This document shows, in pieces, positions 38,061 through 51,050 of a stretch of 64,000 bases of DNA. Position 1 is the stretch's first letter. Every line of letters starts with the position of its first letter. Below the pieces are notes generated by a model. The model was not told the DNA's origin, did not search any database, and worked only from the letters and a program-made list of their open reading frames with translations. A program made the translations under genes and the position numbers. Origin of the DNA: Glaucostegus cemiculus (taxonomy: Eukaryota); assembly GCA_976551045.1 (NCBI GenBank), contig CDPCPM010000115.1, positions 8,122,001-8,186,000 on the forward strand, given 5' to 3'.

Positions 38061-38342
38061 GCCCAGTCACTCCCTGATAAGTAGGTGGACCATTGCATGG
38101 TTCATAGTTTTGAACCTTGCGCACACCAAGTCAGTGCCCTGGTACGAAGGAAAAATGTAACCAAATAATCCTAACAAAGGCACAACCACTGCAGTAATGT
38201 CAGCTCTGTGGAATGTATCCGATTTGAGCTGAGGCCAAGAAATGAAAAAAAACCCAAGAAGTGCTGTAAACTGCCACTTTGACCATCGCTGTAGGGACCC
38301 AGCTGTATCAGGATGATGGAAGAATCCCTGTGGTATTTTACT

Positions 38343-38690
38343 GCAGCGATGCAGCTGGTAAAGCTGCTGCCTCACAGCTCAGGCAACCTGGATTTGATTC
38401 TAACCGGTGCTGTCAATGTGGAGTTTGCACGTTGTCACTGTGACTGCCTGAGTTTCCCCCAGGTGCTCCGGTTTCCTCCCACATCCCAAAGACTTGCCGG
38501 TTGGTTGGTTAATTGGCCGGTGTAAATTGTGTCCAGTGTGTAGGTGAGTGGTAGGATCTGGAGGATGTTGAGGGAAATGTGAGGAGAATAAAATGGGATT
38601 AGTGTAGGATTAATGTAGATCGGTATTTGATGGCCAATGTGGGCTGGGTAGATCGAAGGGCCTGTTCCCATACTACTTGGCTCTTGTAAC
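38343..38690 (+). mobile_element. HE1-like SINE
   Basis: GCAGCTGGTAAAGCTGCTGCCTCACAGC..GAAGGGCCTGTT. Confidence 0.88.
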
Positions 38691-39804
38691 TCAAAGATAA
38701 ACAATGGCACTTTTATCTGACTTCCATATCCTGTCAGTGAGGCTAGGCTAACAATGTAAATCACAGTAGCCACAGTATTGGTTGGGTCAAGTACTTTGCC
38801 TTGCTTGGCTTCTGTTTGTCCAGATTATTTTGGCCAGACATGCTTTGTAGTTATGCGTTAAATCAAAGTTCCTGTCATATGTTAAAGTAATGACTAGCTG
38901 CAATAAAGTGGTTAAACCCAGCTTTTCCTCAGATTATGTTGTGAATAACTGGGGGTTGATCATGGGCAGACCCCCTGAGCACCTCATAAAACAGCATTAA
39001 TACTGAACTGAATCCACATCCAGGGCGAGACTCCCTATGAGTCTTGTTTCTGCATTTGGATTGGAATCCAGCAGCAGATTTATACCACAAATCTGAATTG
39101 ATGCAAAATAAAAAAACTCTTCCTCTAACAGGTTTTTTTGTTGCATTTTGTTCTAAAGTACCAATCCATTAAATTATTCCTTACTTTATAACCTATAAAT
39201 AGGAAACATTGTGGGAGTATATTAGTGAGTAGTTTTATATTGCAAACATATGTGAAAGCACAAAAACCACACACTTATTAAATACCATTTTTAAAGATTT
39301 TTATCACATCTTTTCTGACTGACTTAGTATTTTAAAAAGGCAATCTCACTCTTGTATGGAAGCTGTTGTTTCCAAAAACTGAGTCCTTTTTTCATGTTGT
39401 TTTGTAAAATTATATTTTTTGGACTTCTATCCAAGCCCCCAGTATTCTTTCCACAGCCTTCTGACGTGAGGGGAACATTATACAACATTGTACAAAGACG
39501 TTTTGCCCAACAATTAAGGGAGTTATTACCTCACCCCTGTCACAGCCTCCCCTTGCCCCTCACCCTGTCGATCTAGCAAAGATCGGTGATACTTTCTGGG
39601 AGATGTCTGAGTGAGAACTTTGAATGCACCTTATTGGAAATTACTTCATCAACAGTAGAGTTCCCAACTAAAGCACTATCCCAAGACAGAACCAGAGAAA
39701 AACTACGACACAGGAGATGATTCAGCCCATTGTGTTCATGATGGTCAATAAAGAACTACCCACCTCATCCCACCTTCCACCATTTGATCCAGACCTCTGC
39801 AGGT

Positions 39805-40003
39805 CACATGTTGGTAGGTTAATTGGTAACTGTAATTTGCCCCTGGTGTGCAGTGAATGGTAAAATCTGGGGGAAGTTGACGAAAATGTGAGAGAATAAA
39901 AAAGAATAAGATTAGTGTAAGTGGGGGGGTTGATGGTCAGCATGGAGCTGGTAGGCTGAAGGGCCTGTTTCCATGCTCCATCCCTCTATGACTTGATGAC
40001 TCT
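39805..40003 (+). mobile_element. HE1-like SINE 3' half
   Basis: GTTGGTAGGTTAATTGG..GAAGGGCCTGTTTCCATGCT..ATGACTC. Confidence 0.8.
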
Positions 40004-40004
40004 T

Positions 40005-41960
40005 TAAGTGCGTATCCAGTACTGTTCAAGTGTGATGAGGGTTTCTACCTCTACCACCCTTTCAGGCACTGAGTTCCAAACCCCCACCACACCCTGGGTC
40101 AAAATATCTTGCCTTATCTCCCCTCTAATCCTGTTATCAAATACTATAAATCTACGGTCCTGGTTTTTGTCCATCAAAATAGGCCCTTTCTATTTACTCC
40201 GTCTGAGCCCCAGAATTTTATACACCTCAATTAAGTCTCCCCTCAGCCTCCCTGTTCCAAAGAAAACAACATTAGCTTGTCCAGTCTTTCCTCATAGCTA
40301 TAATTTTCCAGTCCTGGCAACATTTTTGTAAATCTCTTGTGAATTCCAGTGCAATCACATCTTTCCTGTAAAGTGGTGGCCAGAACTGTATTCGGTACTC
40401 AAATAGTAGAGCCTAACTGGTGTTATATACAAGTTTTTGCTCTTATATTCCATGCCTCAGCTCAAAAAGGAAAATATTCAGAATACCATTTTAATCCGAC
40501 TTATTCACTCTTCATGTTTTCTTTAATGATCTGTGCATGTACACCTCAATGTCCCTCTGTTTCTCCACTCCATTCAATATCCATCCATTTATTGTCATAT
40601 GGTCAGAGAGTCGCACAGCACATTGTATATTTGCTTGCCTTGTTCAGCTCCCACAGGAACTACCTCACAATTCCCTGCATTAATTCCATTTGCCATTTTT
40701 CTTCCCATCTGCATAAACCACAAATATCTTCCAGCAGGCTAAAGCTTTCTTCTTTACAGTCAACAACATGGTCAACTTTTTATATTATCTCTTTATCATT
40801 TCCCCCACTTTTAGGCTCAACTCATTAATATATATATTGCAAAACAAAGGACCGACTACTGACTCCCTTGAAACCACTACAGTAACAGCTGTCGGATCCG
40901 GTTATTTTCAAATTTGCAGGTTCTTTCAGGAGTCCAGGAATGAGTTGAAAACAACTTAGTGCTTCACAAAGTTTTATTGGAAAAGTTTAAAACCAAGAAG
41001 CAGTCACAGACCACATGGCACTAGCTTTACTTCTAGAAGATGAGCCAAAACAAAAGGAACTAAAGATGAGCTAGGGCCGGAGGGGGAGGGGAAGAGAGCA
41101 ATAAAGTGATTAACAAAAAACTACACCTTTTATACCTGAGATAAGAGGTACTCCTTAGCTAACAATAGTCCAATCAGGAAACCTATGAGATACCTGTGGC
41201 CAAAATAACCGATGAAAAAACATATTTACCTGATGGACGAACAAATACGAAGCGGCCATTCCTTGTGCTGCCACTTGAGGTGTATTAAACACTATACATG
41301 TTTAAGAACTAATTAAAACAGTTGAATCCAACACAGCCTTCCAGACACATGAACACCCACGAACCAGGACCATTTGCTTCCTGCCACTGAGCCAGTTTTG
41401 AATCCAATTCACCATTCTCCCCTGGATCCTATGGACTTCTAATTTTGTGAGACCATGTCAAAAGTCTTGCTAAAATGCTGTAGAGTACATGAAATGCACC
41501 ACGCTCAATGAAACCCATTGATAAATCCTCAAAGAATTCAATCCAATTAATCAGATATGACCTTCTTTTAACAAATCCGTGTTGATTGTTCCTAATTAGT
41601 CTGTGCCTTTCTAAATGAAGGTTTATTCTTCCCTTAGAATAGATTGCAATAATTTTCTGTCCACTTAAGGTCTGTAATTACTTGGTTTATCCTGACCTAC
41701 ATTTTCAATTAATAATGAAATCTGAAATGTGAACAGTCCTCTAATTTCCCGGCACTACTCCTGTAGCAAGAAAGGATTGGAAAGTTGTAGTCAGAGCTTC
41801 CACAATTTCCTCCCTTGCTTCTTTTAACAGCCTGGGATATATTTCATTTGGACCTGGTGACCTACCCATTTTCCAAGGTGATAACCCTTTTAATATGTCC
41901 TAGTTTACTATATTTATCCTCTCCAATACTTCATACTCTTTTCATTTAACTGCAGCATCA
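40005..41960 (-). mobile_element. Decayed CR1 ORF2, interrupted by an LTR
   Basis: Reverse-complement CR1 signatures: TTCCATTTGCCA, GTCAAAAGTCTTGCTAAAAT (DFSKTFD), CTGTAATT (NYR), GGACCTGGTGAC (SPGP). Confidence 0.85.
40890..41333 (-). mobile_element. Solo LTR (444 bp) nested in CR1
   Basis: TGTCGGAT...ATCCAACA termini; perfect 4-bp TSD CAGC (40886-40889 and 41334-41337). On the - strand TATAAAA (about 41134) precedes AATAAA (about 40978). Confidence 0.88.
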
Positions 41961-42339
41961 GTATTTTCCTAGCTCTTTTTTCACATTTCCTATCCAAACA
42001 ATAAATATCTGATAATATCTTAACCAAAAATACAATGACCATTCAACGTCATACAATTAATTGGTCAATGAGACCACAGATAAATTGTTTGATGAGGGTA
42101 CAGGTATTTAAGGATCAAATGTATTAAAGGAAGGTACATTCTGAAAACGAATCATGCATTATTATTGGAGGTAATTTTCACCACATGTACAGAGGTTGCT
42201 TTAATTCTTCACTATTTATTTTGATTGTGGGTGATGCTTGAGGAAACCAGCGATTTCTGCAGTTCTCTGAAGCCATGAGCACTCTTTGTAAGTTGACAAG
42301 ATGGTTCCTTGGATCACTACGATCACTCACAAGAACTCA

Positions 42340-42750
42340 AAGCACAAAAAACAGGAGTAGGTCGAGGCCACGTGCCCCCTGTAGCCTGCCCCATTACTCA
42401 ATATGATCATGACTGATCTATGCCAGGCCTCATCTCCTCTGTGCCGGCTCCCATATCTGTCACCTCTTTAAATACCTCTAGTGATCCAGCCTCACAACCT
42501 CTGGGGCAGAGAATTCCAAAGGTTCACTAGCCCCTGCGAGGAGAACTTCCAACACACCTCCTGATCTTGTAACCATGTCCCCTCATTTGAGACTCTTCCA
42601 CTAGTGAAACATTTCCACTTCTAACTTGTCATGTCCCTTATATGTTTCAATAGGGTTACACTTAATTTTTCAGAAGTCCAAAGAACATTGATCTAACTTT
42701 TTCAGTAGTTCATGAAGGGACAACCTTCTCACCCCAGGAATTAGCCTTGT
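42340..42750 (-). mobile_element. CR1 3' fragment
   Basis: ACAGGAGTAGG..GATCATGACTGATC..GGCAGAGAATTCCA. Confidence 0.75.
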
Positions 42751-42879
42751 AAGTAAGCAGCCTTGTGATGGACAGGATATGGCACTCAAAGCTTAGTTCT
42801 GGGTCAACTACCAAGTTTGTTTGCTCCACCCATGCTGAGCGAATGAATGGGATAGGAGAAAGTGATAAAGGAGCTGAAA

Positions 42880-43360
42880 TGAAAGAAGCTGGAGGTGGTA
42901 CAGAAAAGATTCACAAGGATATTACCAGGAATGGAAGGCTTGACATATTGGGAGTAACTCGTTAGGCTGGGACTGTTTTTCCTGGAGTGAATAATGCTGA
43001 GGGATAACTTTATTGATATTTATCAAATCACAAGGGGTATGGATAAGGTAGTTGATCACAGTCTTTTTCCCATGGTAGGTGTGTCTAAATCTGGAGGGCA
43101 TATGTTTAAGGTGAGAGGAGAAAGGTTTAAAGAGGACATGAGGGGTATCTTTTTCACATAGAGGGTGGTGAGTGTGCGGAAGAGCTGCCAGAGGAAATGG
43201 TAGAGGTGGGTATAATTACAATGTTTAAAAGACATTTAAACAGGTACATGGATAGGTAAGGTTTAGAGGGATGTGGACCAAAAACAGGTAAATGGGCATC
43301 TTGGTTGGCATGAGTGAGTTGGGCTGAAGTTATATGATATATAACTCTCTACCTCTATGA
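42880..43360 (+). mobile_element. CR1 3' fragment
   Basis: CAGAAAAGATTCACAAGGAT..GTTTAAGGTGAGAGGAGAAAGGTTTAAAG; homologous to 16130-16640 without the GGA tract. Confidence 0.85.
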
Positions 43361-43417
43361 TTGCATTGATCCTGATTGGAAGAAATTTTCATTATGTTTC
43401 AGGCAGTTTGATAAGCA

Positions 43418-43792
43418 GAAAGATGAATAACACGATGATGCTGGAGGAACTCAGCAGGCCAGGCAGCATCTGTGGAGACAAGCAGGTGGTCACCGTTTCG
43501 GGTCAGGACCCTTCTTCAGGACTGAAGATAGGGAAAGGGGAAGCCCAATATATAGGAGGGAAAAGCAGAGCAGTGATAGGTGGACAAAAGAGGGAGGCGG
43601 GGTGGGCACAGGGTGGTGATAGGTAGATGTAGGTAAGAGATTGTGATAGGCAGGTGCGGGAGAGCAGATCCACTGGAGAATGGGTAAAAGGTAAGAAGAG
43701 AGAGGAAAAAAGGCTGGGAAAGGGAAGAAGAGAAGAAGCATGGTGGGGGGGGAGGTTTGTGAGGAAAGGGGGGGTGGGGATTAACTAAAGTA
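43418..43792 (-). mobile_element. Penelope-type terminal repeat, young copy
   Basis: Closely matches 46828-47205; carries CTGAAGA..GAAAC on the - strand. Confidence 0.8.
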
Positions 43793-46700
43793 CTTTATAA
43801 AATTTTGCCACAACAGTATTCTATCCACTTTTCTGATGGCGCATTTATTGAAGTGTTATGTATTGTTACAGGAGAAGAGCTGGCCAGTTACTTGCTTTCT
43901 ATAATTAATAATAATTAATGAGGTACCTTTCTAATGATAGTTGTATCTGAGTTGGAAGCCAGGATGGTTATCACCCTACTCAGTAGTCTGTTGAAAATAT
44001 ACAGTTCATTTTAATTGAAGGACATAACAAAAGCTTGGAGTGTGTGCTTGTGTCAAAAACTCAATTGAATTAAAGATGTTGCAGGAATTTGGTTTTGCTT
44101 CCTGTCATTGGTTGCTTGGGGATCGGAGCCTGATTTCCTCTCGGACCCTGCAAATATCCCAAGTTATGAAACTAAAATAGAAAATGCTGAAAACACTCAG
44201 GAAACCAGGCAGCTTCAGTGGAGAGACTTCTCAGGTTTGCAACTTTTCAGGTCCACAACCCCCCATCATTCCCAAACCATCACCTTGTTCTCACTGACAC
44301 CACAAGTAGTTACTATCTTCTCTGCACAAGCTCTTTCCTAGTCCTGCTCAGTGTTTGACTTTTGTTGGATTCTACTGTGGTTGCAAAATTTGTGAATTAC
44401 AGCAAAATTTACTAGGTTGAATAGGAACATGTTTATAATGTTGAAATACAGAAGAATATCCAAAGACTCTTCACAGCATTGCAAAATATAATGGTGGCCA
44501 AGGAAACAATAGGGTGAACATAGGTTATAAGGAGGGTAAAAGAGCAGAAGGAAATGACAGGTTTGTACAGGTTATTCCAGAAAATGGAGCCAGGTAACTC
44601 AAACTGATAACTCTTGGCATGGAGGGAGTGAGGGAGGCCAGGAAGGGGTCAAAGTTTGTGTCAAAGCTAAAGGCGACGGATGTGACTTTCCCAAATTTAG
44701 TTCCGTGAAATTACAGCTTATCCCAAGCCTGGGTGTTGGACAAAATATGGGAAAGCTGAGAGGCAGTGGAAGAGGCTGAGCCAATAGTGGAAATGTCTTC
44801 AGGTAAAACTGAGTCTGAAACCATGTCTCCAAGGGGCAGCCTGTTAGTGAGGATAAGAATGGGACCATGAGTGGATCCTCCCCAGGAGGGAAGAGAATCA
44901 GTTAGTGGAGGTGCGTGAGTTATAATCACCTGAGTGAAAACCAAGGTGATTATATGTATCGGGTTCAGCACATATCTGGCATCACTTCCACATAACAGAC
45001 ACATAATTATTTCTGCACTGCCTCCTTTTCCGAAGAGCCTGACATGGGATGAATACAGTGGGTCTTTGATTAACTCCACTCTGAACTTCCTTGGGTTAGC
45101 AGAGACTCCAGGGGAGGACCAGAATGGCCACGCCATGACAATCTTCAGTTGTATTCAGTTTTAAAGGGGCCTCCATCAGAGTTATCACGTGGTGCAGGAC
45201 AACTCACCACATTCCCCACCTATTCCCCCCTCCCCCCCTCCCTCACCACAGGTTTAAGACCATTGCAATGTTATGCAATTGAAAGTGGAGGTTAGGGATG
45301 GGAGGATCTGGAACTGGGAATGTACCTACACGAAGCATGATCATAGACAGACCACTCGACAGGATGCAAGTCTTTCTCACCAACAAGCCACGTCTACTAA
45401 CTTCCGCTGAGCTCCTGGGTCCACACAAGTTGCCCTGCTGGGTATGCAGCCGTGCCAGGAATTAGGATATCCTGGGATGCTTTGGAGGACAAAGTATAGG
45501 GGCTCGCTGAAGTTTATTTCTTTGCTGAAGTGATTACATGACCAGTTTCAGGTCTGTCAGCTGATATTCATGGTTGCATTGGTAATCAATTAACCAGGAA
45601 GTTTCCAGGTAAGGGATGGGACAATGGAGGAGCAGGATGGAAATTAGTTGGCAGTTTGAAGGAATTTTATTCTATCTGAGAGTGCAGTTCACTATATTTG
45701 CCGAGCCGTTATTAATTATCAGTGGTGGACTTCAAGAGAAACAGAACAGAAAGTTGTCAAACTCTATTTAGTGAAGTTGTAGAGCTGAAGTAAGAACGGA
45801 GCAACAAAAAGATCACAGGATGCAGAGAAAGAAAATCCAATAATATTGTTTATTTCTTTCTCTACTGCTTAAAGATGTTGTGAATCTGGATTTGATTTGT
45901 AACACCAAATATGATTCACTTCATTTGCTGTTTATTTGTATTCAACCAAAATGTGTTACAAATAGGAAGGAAAAAGTTTTGCGGAGTATTTTTCAGAAGA
46001 ACTAGGGTAATGGTATGACAATGGTTCCTGTTTACCACCATCCTCAGCCATCTGAAGCACACAGCCAACTCCAAATGCCTTCTCCCCTGTGCCGGCACAT
46101 GGCTGATTACATCCTACTTTAAACCTGGCACAACACCACAACGAATTACAGACTTCCAGCCTCGTACAATTATTGTTGATCTGTCGATGCAAAATTTACA
46201 GATGCTGTGATATTACTTATAGAAATAAATCCTATTATCAATGCCTATCTGATTGTGTGGTCTAATAATCCTGCATGCTATGTACTACTCAAAATACCAC
46301 AGAGTCAGCATTGAGTTACAACACATATTGCGGTTCAGATGATTTTATGAACTATCCAGACTTTGCTCTTGTGGTTAACAATTTTAACTGAGACCCTTGA
46401 TGTATCCCTGCCTTTTTAATGCACTGCAGACTGCCTCTTGTGCACTATGTATCATATATATCCATTACTGCTATTGATATTATCCTTACCATTCATGTTT
46501 CAAGGAAGAAAAGATTAAGCTTATGGAACGAAGACTTCTATAACTGTGATTGTGGCCCACCATTCCTCCTTGACCTCCCTGCTGGACTAAGCCATTCTCT
46601 CCCAATATCTCTCCTCAGATTTGGTGGGACTGCCCTCATATGGTGTCACCCTGTCTGTCCGCACTCTGCTAATACAACTCCAGAATAGGCATGCTTCCCA

Positions 46701-46799
46701 ATCCTGCACCATCACTACTTGGGAGACATTGTCTACAGGCAAATCTTCTATTGATTCTAAATTCATATCGTACCAGTCAGCTCTGCTATCAAACTAGAG

Positions 46800-47468
46800 T
46801 AACAAAGGACTGCAGATGCTGGAATCTAGAAGAAAAACATGATGATGCTGGAGGAACTCAGCAGGCCAGGCAGCATCCATGGAGAAAAGCAGGTGGTCAA
46901 CGTTTCGGGTCAGGACCCTTCTTCAGAACTGAAGATAGGAAAAGGGGAACCCAATATATAGGAGGGAAAAGCAGAGCAGTGACAGATGGATAAAAGAGGG
47001 GAGGCGGGGTGGACACAAGGGTGATAGGTAGATGTAGGTAAGAGACAGTAATAGGCAGGTGCAGGGGAGGAGGGGAGAGCCGATCCACTGGGGGATGGGT
47101 CAAGAGTAAGGAGAGAGAGGAAAAAAGGCTAGGAAAGGGAAGAAGAGAAGAAGCATGGTGGGGGGGGAGGATAGTGGTGAAAGGGGGTGGGGATTACCTA
47201 AAGTGGGAGAATTCCCTGTGTTGCCTCTACCAATCACCTCGCAGTCTCTTTTGCTATTTCCACTCTCCCCTCCTCCACCTGCCTATCACCCCTCCTCACC
47301 TGGATCCACCTGTCGTTGCCAGCTCATGCTCCACCTCTATCTTTCAGTCCAGATGAAGGGTCTCAACTCAAAAAGCCAACTGTTGGTTTCCCTCCACAGA
47401 TGCTGCCTGACCCACTGAGTTCCTCCCACATCTTGTTTGTTGCTCCAGGTTTCAGCATCTGTAGACTC
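46800..47468. mobile_element. Penelope-type element: - strand repeat (46800-47212) abutting a + strand repeat (about 47215-47468)
   Basis: TGCAGATGCTGGAATCT.. at the left and ..TTTCAGCATCTGTAGAC at the right are inverted counterparts. Confidence 0.8.
46896..46929 (-). ncRNA. Putative minimal type I hammerhead ribozyme (Penelope-associated)
   Basis: The - strand reads GUU-CUGAAGA-A-GGGU(CCUG)ACCC-GAAAC-GUU^GAC: core boxes intact, stem II present, palindromic ACGU helix III, 3-bp stem I. Confidence 0.65.
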
Positions 47469-48254
47469 TGATGCTGATTCCTCTTCATCATGTTTCACAG
47501 AGTAACTAGAGCACGGAAACAAGCCAAGGTGGGAAGGCATGGACATGGTGGGCTGAAGGGCCTGTGCTGTATGACTCGACGAGTCTAATCCCATTGGCCC
47601 AGCTGTCCCCACCAATGAGCATGGCAGAACAGGAAGAGGAAGTGGACAAGGCAGAAGAGGAGGAGGAGCCTATGCTGGTTCCCAGTTGAGCACTGCTATC
47701 AGTCCCACTCTGCGCATGTCCCTTGGCCTTCAGCCCAATCGGAAAGTGTCATGCAACAAGGAACTATGGCTGACCCTGCAAGAGACCCGGCAACAAAGTC
47801 CACGGCTGCTGCCCATGGGGCGATGGAGTTGGACAGGAGGGGTGACGTGCTGTGCTTGCAGGGAGTCTGGGGCTCCTCCAGACCATCCACTCAAAGGCAA
47901 CAGAAGCAGACAGCTGTGGAGTTCAGTGGCAGAAGCTGATACCCCGAGGGCAGGACTACAGAGCCGTGAGAAGTGTAATGATGTCACGGGGCAGCCATGC
48001 TTAGTCACTGTCCCAGCAATAGCGCCTCTAACCTCGGGCATTGCCGAGTGCAGGACCTTGGGGAAGGGCTGTTCCAATCTTACATAGGGCCTTGCGCAGA
48101 GGCTGGAGCCCAACCTTTCCGGCACGGAAAAGAAGGTGACTCCATTGGTCTACTTGAGGACCCAATGAGAGTGCAGTGTCTGACAACCCGTGACTCAGCC
48201 TTCGCAGTAGCTTTAACAAAAGTACAATGCCAGCTTAGACTGTTCGCATTATAT

Positions 48255-48580
48255 CAGAGTTATAGAGATATACAGCAGGAAACAGTCCATTCGGCCCAAC
48301 ATGTCCATGCTATCTATCGACATTCTACACTAATTCCACACTAATTCCATAATTCCCTCAACTCTCCCCAGATTCTACCGCTCACCTACACACTGGGGGC
48401 AAGTTACAGCAGCCAATTAACCTACCAACCTCTACGTCTTTGCGACCTGGGAGGAAATCAGAACACCTGAAGGAAACCCATGCAGTGATAATTCCACACA
48501 GACAGCACTCGAGGTCAGGATCGAACCCGGGTCTCTGGCACTGTGAGGCAGGGACTCCACTAGCTGCACCCCTGCATCAC
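48255..48580 (-). mobile_element. HE1-like SINE
   Basis: CACACAGACAGCACTCGAGGTCAGGATCGAACCCGGGTCTCTGGCACTGTGAGGCAG. Confidence 0.88.
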
Positions 48581-48847
48581 TGGGGCTGTGAAAACCAGTG
48601 TTCAAAAGTGCCGACAGGGTATCACAGCCTTCGGGCAAACTGGACTGAACCTGCTGTCAGCTTGTGGCTTGGGGCTGCATGAACATGCTGACCTCCCCCA
48701 GTGCTGTCAGGCCAGACCACTGAGAAGGTGCAGTCCAAAGCCAGGCCTTGTAGCCCAGAGCTCCTCCAGGCCATACTCCAAGGAGTTCAGCATTCAAGCC
48801 AGCGGCCTTTCACCGGCACCACTGCAGCCTGAGGGTAGGAGAGAAAA

Positions 48848-49010
48848 TGTCATGGAGCGGTACAGCACAGAAACAGGGTCTTTGACCATCATACCCTAGC
48901 CAACCACTGTACCCACCTACACTAATCCTGTTACCTTGAATTGGATTTATAGCCTTCTATGCCTTGGTGATTCAAGTGATTGTCTACTTGCTTCTTAAAT
49001 GTTGTGAGAC
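48848..49010 (-). mobile_element. CR1 3' tail fragment
   Basis: TACAGCACAGAAACAGG..TAGCCTTCTATGCCTTGGTGATTCAAGTG; reverse homologue of 63240-63390. Confidence 0.65.
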
Positions 49011-49173
49011 TATATTGTGAGAGAGTGGTGAGGAAGAGAGAAGCAAGGGGGATGAATAAGGCTGATTGATTTAGAGATTTGGTTTGCAATGACTATTTTG
49101 TGGTGCATTTTATTTTCGCCTTGTGGTCCAGGGATGGTCAGAAGCAGGGGGTGGGTTAGGTCTGGGGCAGTGA

Positions 49174-50271
49174 ATGGCCGTGTGGATTCAGAATTGGCTT
49201 GCCTGTAGAAAGCAGAGGGTTGTGGTGGAGGGGGTGCATTCAGATTGGAGGGCTGTGACTAGTGGTGTCCCAGAAGGGTCGGTTCTGGGACCTCTACTTT
49301 TCATGATATTTATTAATGACTTGGATGAGGGGGGTAGAAGGGTGGGTTAGCAAGTTTGCAGATGACACAAAGGTTGGAGGTGTTGTGGAGAGTGTAGAGA
49401 ACTGTAGGAGATTGCAGAGGGATATTGATAGGATGCAGAGCTGGGCTGAGAAGTGGCAGATGGAGTTCAGTCCAGAGAAGTGCAAGGTGATACACTTTGG
49501 AAAGACAAACTTCAAGGTGGAGTACAAGGTTAATGGCAGGATACTGAGTAGTGTGGAGGAGCAGAGGGATCTAGGGGTTCATATCCACAGATCACTGAAA
49601 GCTGCCTCGCAGGTGGATAGGATAGTTAAGAAAGTTTATGAGGTGTTAGCTTTCATAAGTTGGGGGATCGAGTTTAAGAGCCGAGAGGTAATGATGCAGC
49701 TTTACAAAACTCTGGCTAGACCACACTTGGAGTACTGTGTCCAGTTCTGGTCGCCGCATTATAGGAAGGATGTGGAAGCATTGGAAAGGGAGCAGAGGAG
49801 ATTTACCAGGATGCTGCCTGGTTTGGAGAGTATGGATTATGAGGAGAGACTAAGGGAGCTAAGGCTTTACTCTTTGGAGAGAAGGAGAATGAGGGGAGAC
49901 ATGATATAGGTGTACAAAATATTAAGAGGAATAGATAGAGTAAACAGCCAGTGCCTCTTTCCCAGGGCACCAATGCTCAATACAAGAGGGCATGGCTTTA
50001 AAGTAATGAGTGGGAGGTTCAAGAGAGATATCAGTTTTTCACCCAGAGAGTGGTTGGTGCATGGAATGCACTGCCTGGGGTAGTGGTGGAGGCAGGTACA
50101 CTGGTCAAGTTCAAGAGGTTGTTAGATAAGCATATGGAGGAATTCAAAATGGGGGGATATGTGGGAGGAAGGGGTTAGATAGTCTTAAGTGAGGTTTAAA
50201 GGGCAGCACAACATGGTGGGCCAAAGGGCCTGTATTGCGCTGTATTGTTCTGTGGTTCTATGGTTTCTATG
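49174..50271 (+). mobile_element. CR1 LINE RT and 3' end, young 5'-truncated copy
   Basis: [14 protein letters not shown], then ORF 49316-49909 SKFADDTKVGG..RPHLEYCVQFWSPHYRKD; tail (TTCTATGG)n. Confidence 0.95.
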
Positions 50272-50716
50272 AAATTCGTGTGTGTCTGGTGATGTTGTCA
50301 GTTGATGAGCTGTCCGCAGGCAGGTAGATCTGAAGAGGGCTGTCTACAATGATTCCTCCTTCCCTCCTCTTTCACTCCCCTCCTCTTTATGTTCTTGCTG
50401 GATGACTGCTGCGGAGAGCCAGACACTGATATGAAGAGGTTGGGCAGTGAACCACCAGGAACGTCCGCTGAGCTTTGCAGGGCTCCTTAAGGCAAATCAT
50501 CGAACACACCACTGGTTTGCTCATTGCATTTCCTGTGGTCTCACGGAGCCCATCTGAGCAGAAAGTCCTTCCTCCTCAATAGCCACTGTTTGGCTCAACA
50601 GAATGCTGACACCGTCCTGCATTACACCCCACATATCATCAGTCACCAGACGGGTCAAGCTTGCACAATCTTACTGGTTGTAATACATCTCTGAATTCAC
50701 ATGAGGTGCCCAGAAA

Positions 50717-51050
50717 GGGCAGCACAGTGGCACAGCTGGTAGAGCCACTGCCTCACAGTTCCAGTGACCCAGGTTCAATCCTGACCATGGGTGCTATCTG
50801 TGTGGAGTTTGCATGTGATCATGTAGGCTTCCCCTGGGTGCTCCTGTTTCCTCCTGCATACCAAGGACACGCGGGTTGGTAGTTTAATCGGCTGCTGTAA
50901 GTTGCCCCTAGTGTGTGAATGAGGGATGGAATCTGCGGGGAAGTTGATGAGAATGTGGGGAGAATAAAATGGGTTTAGTGTAAATGGGTGCTTAATGGTC
51001 AGCACAAATTTGATGGACTGAAGGCTTGTTTCCATGCTGCTTAACTCTTG
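50717..51050 (+). mobile_element. HE1-like SINE
   Basis: GGGCAGCACAGTGGCACAGCTGGTAGAGC..GGTTCAATCC. Confidence 0.9.

Noticed and set aside
49316-49909. Longest ORF (197 aa) as a host gene
   Set aside because: It is CR1 reverse transcriptase (FADDTK) in a 5'-truncated copy, bounded by a frameshift and a stop.
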